From the NCBI RefSeq assembly GCF_009914755.1, contig NC_060936.1: a DNA stretch of 64,000 nt; one strand, given 5' to 3'. The stretch comes from the human T2T-CHM13v2.0 reference genome, Homo sapiens. Positions within the stretch are counted from its first letter, which is position 1. Every line of letters begins with the position of its first letter. Positions 13,920 to 27,092 of the stretch are shown piece after piece. Under the pieces are notes generated by a model. It ran no database searches, was not told where the DNA came from, and saw only the letters and a list, made by a program, of their open reading frames with translations. A program made the translations under genes and the position numbers.

Positions 13920-16560
13920 AATTTTTTTCTTATGTTTAAAATTATACTATAATTTGTAGTGATAAACACATATATTTAATATACCATTCTGTGAGTTTTA
14001 ACAAAGGCAGATATAAACCTTTCTATCATTTTAGAAAGTTCTCTCATGTCCCTTTTTAGTCAGTTCCCACTCCACCCACAAGAGACAATGACTGTTCTGA
14101 TTTCTATTAGATTAGTTTTGCTTTTTCTAGAATCACTAATTATGTATTATTTTGTGTCTAGTTTCTTTAACTCAGTATAATTTTTTTAGATTCATTCATA
14201 TGGTTGTGTGTATTGGTTATGTTTCTTTGTATTTTTGAGTACTAATCCACTGCACAACTGCACAATAATTTGGTTATCATTCTTTTATTAGTGAGTACCT
14301 AGGCTGTTTTCAGTCTTTGGCTATTATAAAGTTGCTATAAATATTCGTATAAAAGTGTTTTTGTGAACATATGCTTTTATTTCTCCTGAGTAAATATCTA
14401 GAAGTAGAAATTCTAGGTCATTGGGTAGGTATATGTTTAACTTCATAAGAAACTGCCGAGCCATTTTAAAAAGTGATTGTACCATTTTACTCTTCCATTG
14501 ATGATTTATGGGGGTACAGACCATTTCATATTCTTTGCAACATTGGATATTGTCAGTCTTTTTAACTTTAGCCATTCTAATAGGTAGGTAGTGCAATCTA
14601 ATTTTGATTTAAATTCCATTTCTTGATTAACAATGTTGAATCCTTTTTTATGTGCTTATTGGCTATTCATATTTGTCCTCTATAAAGTCTCTTTTCAAAT
14701 CTTTTCCTCACGCTAAAAAAGGATGTGTGATGTCTTTTTATTATTGAGTTGTAGAAGTTTCTTACAGAGTCTAAGTGCAAGTACTTTCTTAGATACATTT
14801 TGCAAATATTTTCTCCCAGTCTGTAACTTGCTTATTTTTGTTGGTGTCCTTTGACAAGCACAAGTTTTTGATTTTGTTGAAGACCAATTTATCAAATTTT
14901 TATTTTATGGTTATATTTTCTGTGTTGTGCTACAAAATTCTTGTCTATCCTATGTCATACAAATATTCTGCTATGTTTTCTTCCAGAAACTTTATAGCAT
15001 TAGTTTACATATGGGTATTTGATCCATCTTGAATACAGTTTTGCATATGATATGAGGTAGGTTTAAGATTTATTTATTTCCATAGAGATATGCAATTTTT
15101 CCAGCAACATTTTTAAAAAAGAATTTTGTTTCTTCACTGAATTGTTTTTGATGCCTTGGTCAAAAATCAGTTGACCAAGTAACTGTGGCTTTATTTGACT
15201 CTCTATTCTGTTCCACTGGTATATTTGTGTATCCCTACACTGATACTACGCTCTTTTGACCACTGTTGCTTCCTAGTAAGTCTTGAAATCAATTAATGTA
15301 ACTTCTTCAATTTTTTTCTCATTTTTCAAGATAATTTTAGCTAGTTTAGGTTGTTTGCATTTCTATATACATTTTTGAATCAGCTTGTCAATTACGTTTC
15401 TTTTTTTGAGACAAAGTCTTGCTCTGCAACCCAGGCTGGAGTGCAGTGGTACAGTCTCGACTCACTGTAGCCTCGACTTCCCAGGTTCAAGGGATCCTCC
15501 CACCTCAGCCTCCCTAGCAGTTGAGACCACAGGCACATGCCAACACACCTGGCTAATTTTTGTATTTTTTGTAGAGACGGGGTTTCACAAAGTTGCCCAG
15601 GCTGGTCTTGAACTCTTGGACTCAAGTGATCCACCCACCTCAGCCTCCCAAAGTGTTGGGATTACAGGCACCTGGCAGCTTGTCAAGCTTTATTAAAAAA
15701 AAAAATTCCCTGGAATTTTGATTCAGATTACATTTTAGTCTATTGATTAAATTTGGGGAGAATTGCCATCTTAACAATATGAGTTGTCCAATTCATGAAC
15801 ATAGGTTATTTCTTTACTTATTTAGGCTTAATTTCTCTCAGAAATGAGTTTTAGTTTTCCATGGGGAGGTCTTATACACCAACTATTAAATTTCTCCCTA
15901 TTTTATATATTTTTGTTACTATTATAAATGGTATATTTAAATATTCTTATTTTTAATGTTTGTTACTAATATATAGAAATGTTATTAGTTTTTTGAACAT
16001 TGATATATCACGTGGACTTGCTTAATTCATTTCTGGCTCTAGTAGCTTTATTTATTTATTTATTTATTTTTCAGATTCCTTAGGATTATCTATATACACA
16101 ATAATGTTGTGGCAAATAAAGACAGTTTTACTTCTTCCTTTCCAAAATGTATGCTCTCTTTTTTTTTTTCTTGACTTACGACAGTGGCTAGAATCTATAT
16201 AGTACCTTGCTGAATAGAAGTAGCAAGAAAGAACATCCTTGCTTTTCTCTTAATCTTGGGGCAAAAGCTTTCAGCCTTTTATCATTAAGTATGATGGTAG
16301 CTTATATTGCTGGACTTATATATAATTACATATTGCAGGATTTGATTTGTTAATATTTCTATAGAATCATTTTCATCTTTATTCATGAAGGCTATTACCT
16401 GTACTTTTATTTTCTTGTAAAGTTCTTGTATGATTTTGAAATCAGGGTTATTCTGGCTTCATAAAATGGTCTCTGAATTATTCTTTCCTCCTTTATTTTC
16501 TGGAAGGGTCTGTGTAACATCAGTGATATTTTTTTTTAATGTTTGATGGAATTTACCAGT
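13920..16560 (-). mobile_element. Old L1M (L1MD/ME-like) ORF2 3' half and 3'UTR
   Basis: Minus-strand ORF 14324..14596 resembles the L1 ORF2 C-terminus (HYLPIRMAKVKKTDNIQC); continuous T-rich antisense L1 sequence. Confidence 0.85.
15397..15675 (-). mobile_element. AluJ nested in L1M
   Basis: AluJ-type cactgtagcctcgacttccc, gttgcccaggctgg; TSD cagcttgtcaa at 15381-15391 and 15676-15686. Confidence 0.9.
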
Positions 16561-16879
16561 GAAGCATCACAAGTTTCAATTGCCTTAGTAGCCCTCAAAT
16601 TCAATCTCTTTTTTCCTCCATCTAGCAAAAGACTCTGTTCAACATTTGGGCTCCACTTTGCTGTGCTGCGTTGAGAAAGTGCCCTCAGACAGAAAGCTAG
16701 GGAGAATGGAGGGTTTACTTTGTGTTTTCCTGCACTCAGGGATTATAACCATGCAGGCCTGATTGTCCAATGCCTGGAAACTTTTGCTTCATATTTTGTC
16801 CAGTTTTATGGTTATGCATGGCTGAAGCATAAAGCCAGTGGCCATTTTTTCTATCATAGTCAGAACTGAAGGTTTAGAG

Positions 16880-17300
16880 TGATGTTTTGTAATTAAAAAC
16901 ACATTGTGTTAGTTTTTGGCTCCAAACTCACCGTCCAAATGGAGTGCCAACTTATTGCAAGCAAAATTCAGATTTTTTTTCTATGGCCAATAAGACCACA
17001 CATGAGCTGGCCTCCTACTACCTATCTATCTCATCTACTACCATCCTTCCCTTCACTTTGCTCTAGCCATGCTGGACTTCCTGCTATCCTTTAACATACC
17101 AAGCTTTTCCACTTGTTCGCTCTGCCTGTAAAGCTATTCCCCAAGATGCTCCCATGATTTACTCACTCACTTTATTCGTGTCTCAGTTCAAATGTTACCT
17201 CCACAGTGAGGCCTTCCCTGAACACTGTGACAGAGAACTCTTGCACCATTTTCGTACTCTATCATCTGATCACGCTTTACATACGTTCATAAGTCTCAGT
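16880..17300 (+). mobile_element. L2 fragment
   Basis: gctctagccatgctggacttcctg...tcagttcaaatgttacctccacagtgaggccttccctga. Confidence 0.75.
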
Positions 17301-17334
17301 GCTTTTTGAATGTATATTATACATTTTCCATTTA

Positions 17335-17472
17335 CAACTTTCTGTTGCAACTTTTCAACTGTATTTTTGTAGCTCAAAACAGCCATAGACAATATTTAAA
17401 TAAATGGATGTGGCTATGTTCTAACATAATTTTATTCACAAATAAAAGCGAGCTGTAGTTTGCCAACTCCTG
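17335..17472 (-). mobile_element. MER58A fragment
   Basis: acagccatagacaata...gtggctatgttc...gtagtttgccaactcctg (TIR). Confidence 0.75.
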
Positions 17473-17500
17473 GTCCAGACTATCAATACATTGTCTCTGA

Positions 17501-17844
<344 letters not shown>

Positions 17845-18082
17845 AAAAATGATCTTTTTATAAGCACAGTAGCTTATCCACCATGGTTACAGACAGCTCT
17901 GGTACAATTTCCAGACCTCCTGTAGTTTAAGTACAGAAATTCTGTACTTAAAAAAAAAAAAAATTCTTGTTTTTCTTTTATTCATGCCTCAGTCCTACGG
18001 TAGAAAAATACTTCAAGCTTTTCAACAGACTTTAAAGATAATGTTAAAAATACATCACTCACATTTTGAAATTCTGTGGATA

Positions 18083-18840
18083 TATCAATTAGCAATGCTT
18101 TCAGCTGCAAGTAACAGAAAACCAGACCAACAATGACTTAATCATCAGTACACTTTTTGTTTTCTTAATGAAATTCTGTAGGTAGGTGGCAGTTCAGTGA
18201 CTTAATGAGGATCTCAGATTTTTTCATTCTTCTATTCCACCAATCTCAGATTGTTGGCTTTTGTTTTCCAACTTAAAGCCTCAAGAGGACAAGATGGCTG
18301 CCACGGCTTCAAGCATTGTTTCCTTACGTAAGTGTGCAAAGCAGAAAGGGAGGGAAAGGATCAAAAGACCTTCTCCTTACATCCCCTCTCTTTTATCATG
18401 AAAGAAAATCTTTATCAGAAACCTCCTGGCAGACTTGCCTTGCTTCTTACTGAGATAAACTAGGTCACTTACCTCTGCTTAGGTCAGTCACTTGGACAAG
18501 GAAATGGAGGTTCTGTGACTACTTTAGTTGAGGGGTTGACAAACTAAGGTCTGTGAAAGAAACCCAGTCTTGGGCCTGTTTCTATGAATAAAGATTTATT
18601 GGAACACAGCCATACCCATTCATGTTTATATTGTCTATGGCTGTTTTTGTGCTGCAAAAGTAAAGTTGATTAGTTGTGACAGAGGTGTATTTACTACCTG
18701 GTTCTTTACAGAAAAACTTTGCTGTCCTCTGGCTTTGACTTAAATTCATGCCCTAAGGCTAGCCACAAAATCAGGACTCTTTAAACAAACAAACAAAAAA
18801 ATTAGGAGTGGCTCGTAGGAAGGCAAATAATAGTGACCCC
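18083..18840 (-). mobile_element. Old MLT1 (J/K/L-like) LTR interrupted by MER58A
   Basis: aatgctttcagctgcaagtaacagaaaacc; caagatggctgcc; ggcagacttgccttgcttcttactg. Confidence 0.55.
18530..18731 (+). mobile_element. MER58A
   Basis: aggggttgacaaacta...aataaagatttattggaacacagccat...tttacagaaaaactttgctgtcctctg. Confidence 0.85.
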
Positions 18841-19839
18841 TATTATTGTTTATAGTCATTTATATGGTATGCTAATGCATATTTTAACAAATGGCTAACA
18901 GATGTACTTTTTGAAAACTCATTTTCAAATTCTCAGTTTGGGCCCTTCACTCCTTGTTCCTGTTGTCATTCTACCCAAATCTTAATACCATCCCTAATGA
19001 CTAATCTCGTCTCTCTCAAAACTTCCTTTCAGCCTTTAGGAATTTAAGAAGAATTCAATAGCATTGAAGGCTCTGGAGGGAGTATAGTGTAGGATTCAAT
19101 TATTGAGTAAAACTGAATTTCAAACTTTTTCATTCTGCAACACATGATAAGGGTGCCTCCCTGCTTTGCACAACTCTCTGTAGATTTCCTTCCCTGGCAG
19201 GGCGCTGTGGGCCTGGCTGGTGTTTTCCTTGAGTCTGAGTTGATCTCCTCAGAGCTGAGGGAGAACACTGGAAAAAAGTGTCCTTTAGAGATTTAGAGAT
19301 ATTGATAAGCAATTAGAAGATATGCCACCAAATGCTGGTTAAGAAGATAAGTCAATCTTTTAGAAAGTTTGAAGCAGATGAAAGGAGATGCTGGAGGAAT
19401 TTTCTGAGCTCCATCAAGTTTGGGTTCCATAACTTTGTGCACTGCTTGGGTTGTAGCCAGTTATAGGAGCCTATGAGAGTACACAGTTTTTTCTTTTTAA
19501 AAAATATATATATCACCACACAATTTCCTACTCCTTTACCCTCCCAGATCCTACAGCTTTTCATCTAGATATAACAACAGAAGTGTTTAAAAATAGAGGC
19601 ACTGGGAGAGGAAAAAGGGTCTGGGATGTGAAGGAGACAGTTTTACTTTTGTTCAACAGCCACTAGAAATTAGTTTCAACTTTTCAGATCTAAGCTTATT
19701 GAGAGGTTTAACCTGCAGTTTGATGAAAAATTCAACCAGTGTGAAATTTTGGAATACAGAATATCTGTGAGTGAGGACAAACAGACCTTCTATGATCCAT
19801 TTTGTGGCTGAAACTTTGATTCAAAGAAGAGACAGTCCA

Positions 19840-20300
<461 letters not shown>

Positions 20301-20777
20301 TCATGCTCTCTCTACTTAGCTGTTAAAAGATCTGCTCTTGCTGCACTGTCACTCTCCACTCTCCTCCCCCTGCTCAACTGGCTTCAGTCTATCCACCATC
20401 CTCTCACCGCAGCTGCTACCACTGCTGTTCTCAGAGAGGTGTGGAGGGGTTTCCTCCTCACCACTGCTCACAGCTCTGTTTTAGGATCCCTCTGTTAGCC
20501 TGTCTCTTAGCTTACAGGCATTCTGCCAAAGAATCTGGAGCCTTTCCTAAAGGATGGGTAGAAGTGAATTTGAGTGACACAATCATATGTCTCCCTAAAT
20601 GGTTTCTTCTTCCCTACTAATAATAGGTATCAATAGGATTCTACGTATCTTGACCTTCTCCTACTTCAGGTGGGATCTAAAGAAAAGGTCATCTTCCCTT
20701 TTCTTTTTGGTGGAAGGGTATTCATTGTGGTTTCATAGGTTTTCCATCTCAATATTTCTCTCAAGAACACTAGCAGG

Positions 20778-21771
20778 AGTGTGATGAGCCCTGGCTATCC
20801 TGATGGCCCTGTGGGCACTGACCTGCACTCTGCACTCTCTGAGCCTGGCACCCCCGACCGTTGCCACTTCTGTCCCGAGTCTGTTCCCTGCCTCCCAGGT
20901 GATGAACAATGCCCTCTTCCAATGGCCCTCTGCCTTGATGTTGCTCCCCTGCCACCAAATCCTTACTTCTATGGCCCTTAGTGCCAACTTTGTGCCTTGA
21001 AAGAGTCATACCAAGTACACAATTAAACCAGTGAAGATGAGGAAGTCTGGGGGTGAAGACCACACAGGCCAGATCTGGGTGCACGGTATTGACAGGGGCC
21101 ACAAGCAACATTATTGCATGATTGACTTTTGTGTTTCTGGCCTGAGGAGGAGACCAAGTCAGGACCCTTTGAGGAGAAGGTTATCCAAGTCCACCGTGAT
21201 CCCTGTAGGTCAGCAGACATAGCTCTGGTTGCTGGGGGTAGCCAGAAACACTGGATCATCACCACAGAAAACTTGCAGGCTGGAGATACAATCCTGAACT
21301 CCAACCACATAGGCCAAATGGCAGTTGCTGCTCAGGAAGGGGATGCACATCCACTTGGGGCTCTGCCTGTGGGAACCCTCATCAACAACATGGAAATTGA
21401 GCCAGGCCGGGGTGCCCAGTATATCCAAGCTGCAGGGACGTGTAGTGTGCTACTGTGGAAGGTGAATGGCACAACCGTTATCCAGCTGCCCTCTAAGAGG
21501 CAGATGCAGGTGCTGGAAACATGCATAGCAACAGTAGGCTGAGTATCCAACACTGATCATAACAAACAGGTCACTGGCAGGGCAGGTCACAACCGTTGGC
21601 TGGGCAAGAGGCCTTCCAGTGGGCTACAGCACCACAAGGGGTGCTGGGCTGGCCGAAAGATTTGGCCACTACCCTTCATGAAGAGTTATGTGAAGCTGCC
21701 TTCTGATGCTGCCCAAAGCTGATATCCCTGTATTGTAATAATGTGCCCCCCTCCCCTGAAAAAAAAAAAAA
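20778..21771 (+). pseudogene. MRPL2P1: Processed pseudogene of mitochondrial ribosomal protein L2 (uL2m); probably the locus named MRPL2P1
   Basis: Intronless; ATG 20803 ([21 protein letters not shown]) to TGA 21720-21722 ([10 protein letters not shown]); uL2 motifs [28 protein letters not shown]; premature TGA at 20998-21000 and 21540-21542; frameshift near 21130; poly(A) 21759-21771; TSD aaga(a/g)cactagcagg at 20763-20777 and 21770-21784. Parent identity is strong; the P1 symbol is from recall. Confidence 0.95.
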
Positions 21772-21947
21772 GAGCACTAGCAGGTTCTTGAGCAGCTGGA
21801 ACTCTTAGAAACTTGCTGTTTTACCCCAAGTTTCCAGTATGAGTATAGTGATTAGATTCTCCTTCTTCTCATCTTTTCTCTTTCACTGGCCCTCAAGGCA
21901 CTTAAAATAAAGCCATTAATATTTCATGGTAAACCTTTGTTTTTATC

Positions 21948-22039
21948 ATGCTCACTTCAGCAGCACATATACTAAAATTGGAATAGTACAGAGAAGATTA
22001 GTATGGATGACATGCAAATTCGTGAAGTGTTATATTTTT
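21948..22039 (+). pseudogene. U6 snRNA retropseudogene (5' part of a U6-L1 chimera)
   Basis: atgctcacttcagcagcacatatactaaaattggaa..tacagagaagattagtatgg..atgacatgcaaattcgtgaagtgtt..atattttt matches U6 from 5' end to oligo-U; ACAGAGA box present; no evident upstream PSE/TATA. Confidence 0.95.
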
Positions 22040-22576
22040 AAAAGAATGAAATGCTGTCACTTACAGCAACATGGAGAAACCTGGAGGGCAATATGTTAAG
22101 TGAAATAAGCCAGGCACAGAAAGACAAACACCACATACTCTCATTCATTTTTGAAATCTAAAAAGTTGTTCTCGTTGAAGTGGGGAGGAGAATAGTAGTT
22201 ACCAGAGGATGGGGAGGGTAGGAAGGAGAGAGAGATGATGAGAGTGATGGTCAACGTGTACACATTTACAGTTAGATAGGAGGAATAAGTTCTCATGTTC
22301 TTTTGCATACTAGACTGGAGATGACAATAAAATAGCTAAAAGAGAGGTTTTTGAACATTCTTATCACAAAGAAGTGATAAATGTTAAAAGTGATGGCCAT
22401 GTTAATTACCCTGATTTGGTCATTACACAATGCATACATGTGCAATCAAAATATTACATTGTATCCCATAAATATATATAATTAGTATGCATCAATTAAA
22501 ATTTATGCATAATTATTATGCATCAATTAAAATTTATGCATAATTACTATGCATAAATTAAAACTTTTTAAAAAAA
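22040..22576 (+). mobile_element. L1MA4/5-type 3' end fused directly to U6
   Basis: aaaagaatgaaatgctgtcac...gttaagtgaaataagccaggcacagaaagacaaa...gttagataggaggaataagttc...taattaccctgatttggtcattacac. Confidence 0.9.
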
Positions 22577-22794
22577 CTAGTTTTTTATACTATTGAAAAC
22601 ATAGTTCTATGCATTTTCTAAAATGCCACCTATGCCCTTCCTATTCAGAGCCTCTTGGCTTTAACACATACTGGCCAACTTGGGACCACAGAGGAGGAGC
22701 TAAAACATGAGGGATTGGTTTAGGAGGTAAGGGGAGACCCAACATTCATGGCTCTGGGCTTCGGTCATTTGTTCTCTTGTTGGACTTTTTAAAA

Positions 22795-22975
22795 ATAATT
22801 TCAACTTTTATTTTAAATTCAGGGTGTTTATGCGCAGGTTTATTACATGGGTATATTGCATGATGCTGAGGTTTGAGGTATGATTGATCCCATCATCTAG
22901 GTACTGTACATAGTTCCCAATAGTTAGTTTTTCAAAATTTATCCCCCTCCCTCTCTAGTGGTCCTCAGTGTCTAA
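22795..22975 (-). mobile_element. L1PA15-17-type 3' fragment
   Basis: aatttcaacttttattttaaattcaggg...tacatgggtatattgcatgatgctgaggtttg. Confidence 0.85.
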
Positions 22976-23176
22976 TAGTAAACATTTGCTACGTCTAAGA
23001 TTACATGTTAATGATACCGGAGATTACACATGTGCAAGAGGCATAGCTAATGCTTCAAACAGTATAGAGATGGGAATAATTTATATAAAACAGAGAATCT
23101 GGGATAAAATCTATGTACTTATATTATAAATTTGGGATTTTTCCCTAAGGAGATGATATTTGAAGTTTTACAAGAG

Positions 23177-24670
23177 GCATTCATTCATTTAGTCATCAAA
23201 AATTTGTTAAGCACCTATGTAATAAACACTTCTAGGTGCTATAATAATAAAATATGAGTGAATGGCAATGGGGAGTTATTTGTTAATGACTCTAGAGTTT
23301 CAGTTTTATAAGATAAAGAGTTCTGGAGATGGATGGTGATGGTGGTTGCACAACAATATAACTGTTGGCTTTTTTTTGTTTGTTTTGTTTTTGAGATGGA
23401 GTCTCACTCTGTTGCCCAGGCTGGAGTGCAGTGGCGTGATCTCGATCTCGGCTCACTGCAACCTCTGCCTCCTGGGTTCAAGCGATTCTTGTACCCTAGC
23501 CTCCTGAGTAGCTGTGATTACAGGCACCTGCCACCACACCTGGCTCTTTTTTTTTTTTTTTTTTGTATTTTTAGTAGAGATGGGGTTTCACCATGTTAGC
23601 AGGCTGGTTTCAATCTCCTGACCTCAAGTGATCCTCCTACCTCGGCCTCCCAAAGTGCTAGGATTACAGGCATGAGCCACCGCACCCAGCCATAACTGTT
23701 CTTAATACCATTGAACTGTACATTAAAAATAGTTAAGATAGTATATCTTATATTATGTATATTTAAGCACAATAAAAATTGAAAACAAAACAATAACAAA
23801 ATAGATAAATGAATAAATAATTTAAAAAAACATGAGGAAACAAAAAAAGACCTTTGCCCTCTATGGAGCTCATAATCTAGCACGGGGCAATAGACACTAC
23901 ATATTATATTATTTATACATTAGAAGGTCATAAGTGCTAGAGGAAAGGTAGGGGGATTAGGCATCTCTAGGTTAGTTGCTGTTTTAAAAAGAATTGTCAG
24001 AGTAGGCCTCTTACTCTTTGATCAAAGACATGGAGATGATGGAATTAGCTACATAAATATCTGGGTTCCAAAGCAGTGAGAACATCCAGTGCAAAAATCC
24101 TTAGGTAGGAGCATGCCTGGCACGTTCTAGGGATGTCAAGGAGGCCAGTGTGGCTGGGACAGGGTGGGGGCAGAGAGAGATAGGTAGGAGTTGAGGTTAC
24201 AGTGGTAAAGGGAAGTCAGATCATATGGGTTCTTGAGATCGTTGGAAGGACTTTGGTTTCTACTCTGAGAGAAATGGGAACCATTGCAAAGTTTTAAAAA
24301 GGAGAACGGATGATGTGACATATTTTAAAAGGATAATTATTTACAGAGAGAATAGACTCAAGTGAAGAAGCAGGGTACCTGCTTAGGAGGCTGTTGTATT
24401 AGTCTTTGGGTGAAAGATGGTGGTGGCTTGGACTAGAGCAGTAGCAGTATTCGTGGTGGGAAATGGTCAGATTTTTACATATTTTAAAGGTAGCGCCAAC
24501 AGAATTTCCTAAAGGATTAGAGGTAGGGTGGAAAAAAGAAAAGTCAAGGATGACTCTAAAGTTTTTGACTTGAGCACCTGGACTGTTGGAATGACATCAT
24601 GGGAGAGGCTTTGAGTGAGCAGTTTTTTTAGGGGGAAGATCAGGAGTTCAGTTTTGAACACATTGAGTAA
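23177..24670 (-). mobile_element. L2a with nested L1MB 3' fragment (+, ~23258-23780) and Alu
   Basis: cattcattcattt terminus; aaggaggccagtgtggctgg; gatggtggtggcttggactag; tcaaggatgactc; L1MB gagttctggagatggatggtgatggtggttgcacaacaat. Confidence 0.8.
23370..23691 (-). mobile_element. AluS (Sx/Sz-like)
   Basis: Full dimer; TSD ataactgtt at 23358-23366 and 23692-23700. Confidence 0.95.
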
Positions 24671-26459
24671 ACTCTGTTATTACAATTTGGTTTTTTAAGT
24701 TGCACAAGTGAGGGCCATGGAAAATATGAGTCAACGGTATAGTATCTTTCACATAGTATTGGCTCAGAGTAGGCGTGTCCTTTAGATGTGGAAGAAAAAA
24801 GAGGATGTAAGATTGTAAGAGCTCTGTTGCTGACTCATGTTTTTCATGACTGTCACTTGTGCAACTTAAGAAAATTAACTGTAATCATAACAGCTAACAA
24901 TATTGAGCTGTTACTATGAACAAATAGATGACATGTTAACTTATGCTAATGTGTGTAATTGAAGGAAATGTTAAATTGCAGTTAGAGGGTAGTGAGATTC
25001 CCATCCAAGTTCATGGAATCTGTCTTCTGTCCTTGGACTCCAGATTGAGAACCCTGCAGTGATTTTTAGTTTACAAATACCCCTGGGCCTAGATTGTTAT
25101 CCTCACAGCAGTCTTAAGGAATAGGTCAGTGAGGTTATCCCTTTCATACTCGGAAGTCGGGAGTGGCTTGCCCAAGATAAAAACATGAATTCAACTTCCA
25201 GGTTCTCTGACTTCAATGCCAACAATTTCTCAATATTCCCTGCCACCCAACTTTCACTGATCATTTAAAAACTTACAAAAATGTTAGAATAGTACAGTAC
25301 AATGAACACAGCATACTTTTAACCTATTTCACTAACTGATTATTGTGCCACATTTGATTTATGTCCTTACAAACACACACATACACATACACACAAACAC
25401 ACACGGGAGTTTTTTAGTGACTTTTTAAAAAGTAAATTGCAGGAATTCTGTCACATCCAAGTATGTTTAACCTGCATCCCTTAAGAATAAGAGCATTCTA
25501 GAGAACCCATAAATAAAGTCACACACCTACAACCATCTGATCTTGGACAAAACTGTCCAAAATAAGCAATGAGGAAAGGACTTCCTATTCAATAAATGGT
25601 GCTGGGATAGCTAGCTAGCAATATGCAAAGGAATAAAACTGGATACCTACCTTTCACCATATACAAAAATTAATTCAAGGTTGATTAAAGCTTTAAATGT
25701 AAGACCTCAAACTATTAGAATCCTAGAAGAAAACATAGGAAACACTATTCTGGCCATTGACCTTGGGAAAAAATTTATGATTAAGCAATTGCAGCATAAA
25801 CAAAAATGGACAAATGAGACCTAATTAAACTAAAGAGTTTCTGTACAGCAAAACAAAAACAAAATAAAAACTATAAACAGAGTAAACAGACAACTCACAG
25901 AATGAGAGAAAATATTTGCAAACTCTGCATCCAACAAAGGTCTAATATCTAGTATCTATAAGAAATTTAAATAACTCAGTAAGCCAAAAACAAATAACCA
26001 CATTAAAAAGGGGTCAAAAGACAGAATGGACGCTTCCCAAAAGAAGACACACAATTGGTCAACAAACATGAAAAAGTGCTCCACATCATTAATCAGAAGA
26101 AATGTAAACCAAAACCACAATGAGATATCATCTCACACTAGTCAGAATGGCTATTATTAAAAAGTCAAAAAACAATAGATGCCAGTGAGGCTGCAGAGAA
26201 AAGAGAACACTTATACACTGTTGGTGGGAATGTAAATTAGTTCAGCCACTGTAGAAAGGAGTTTGGAGATTTCTCAAAGAACTTAAAAAAGAACTACCAC
26301 TTGACCCAGCAATCCTATTACTGGGTATATATCCAAAAGAAAATAAATTGTTCTACCAAAAATACACATGGAGTTGTATGTTTATCATAGCACTATTTAT
26401 AATAGCAAAGTCATAGAATCAACCTAGGTGCCCATCAGTGGTGGACTGGATAAAACACT

Positions 26460-27092
<633 letters not shown>

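Noticed and set aside
21129-21542. 137-aa uL2-like ORF as a functional retrogene
   Set aside because: Starts at TTG, lacks the targeting peptide because of an upstream stop and frameshift, and ends at a premature TGA before the conserved C-terminus
21948-22039. Functional U6 snRNA gene
   Set aside because: ISL deleted, CpG decay, fused to L1, no evident external Pol III promoter
22478-22563. CRISPR-like array
   Set aside because: Head-to-tail repeat with no unique spacers, in primate DNA with no cas genes
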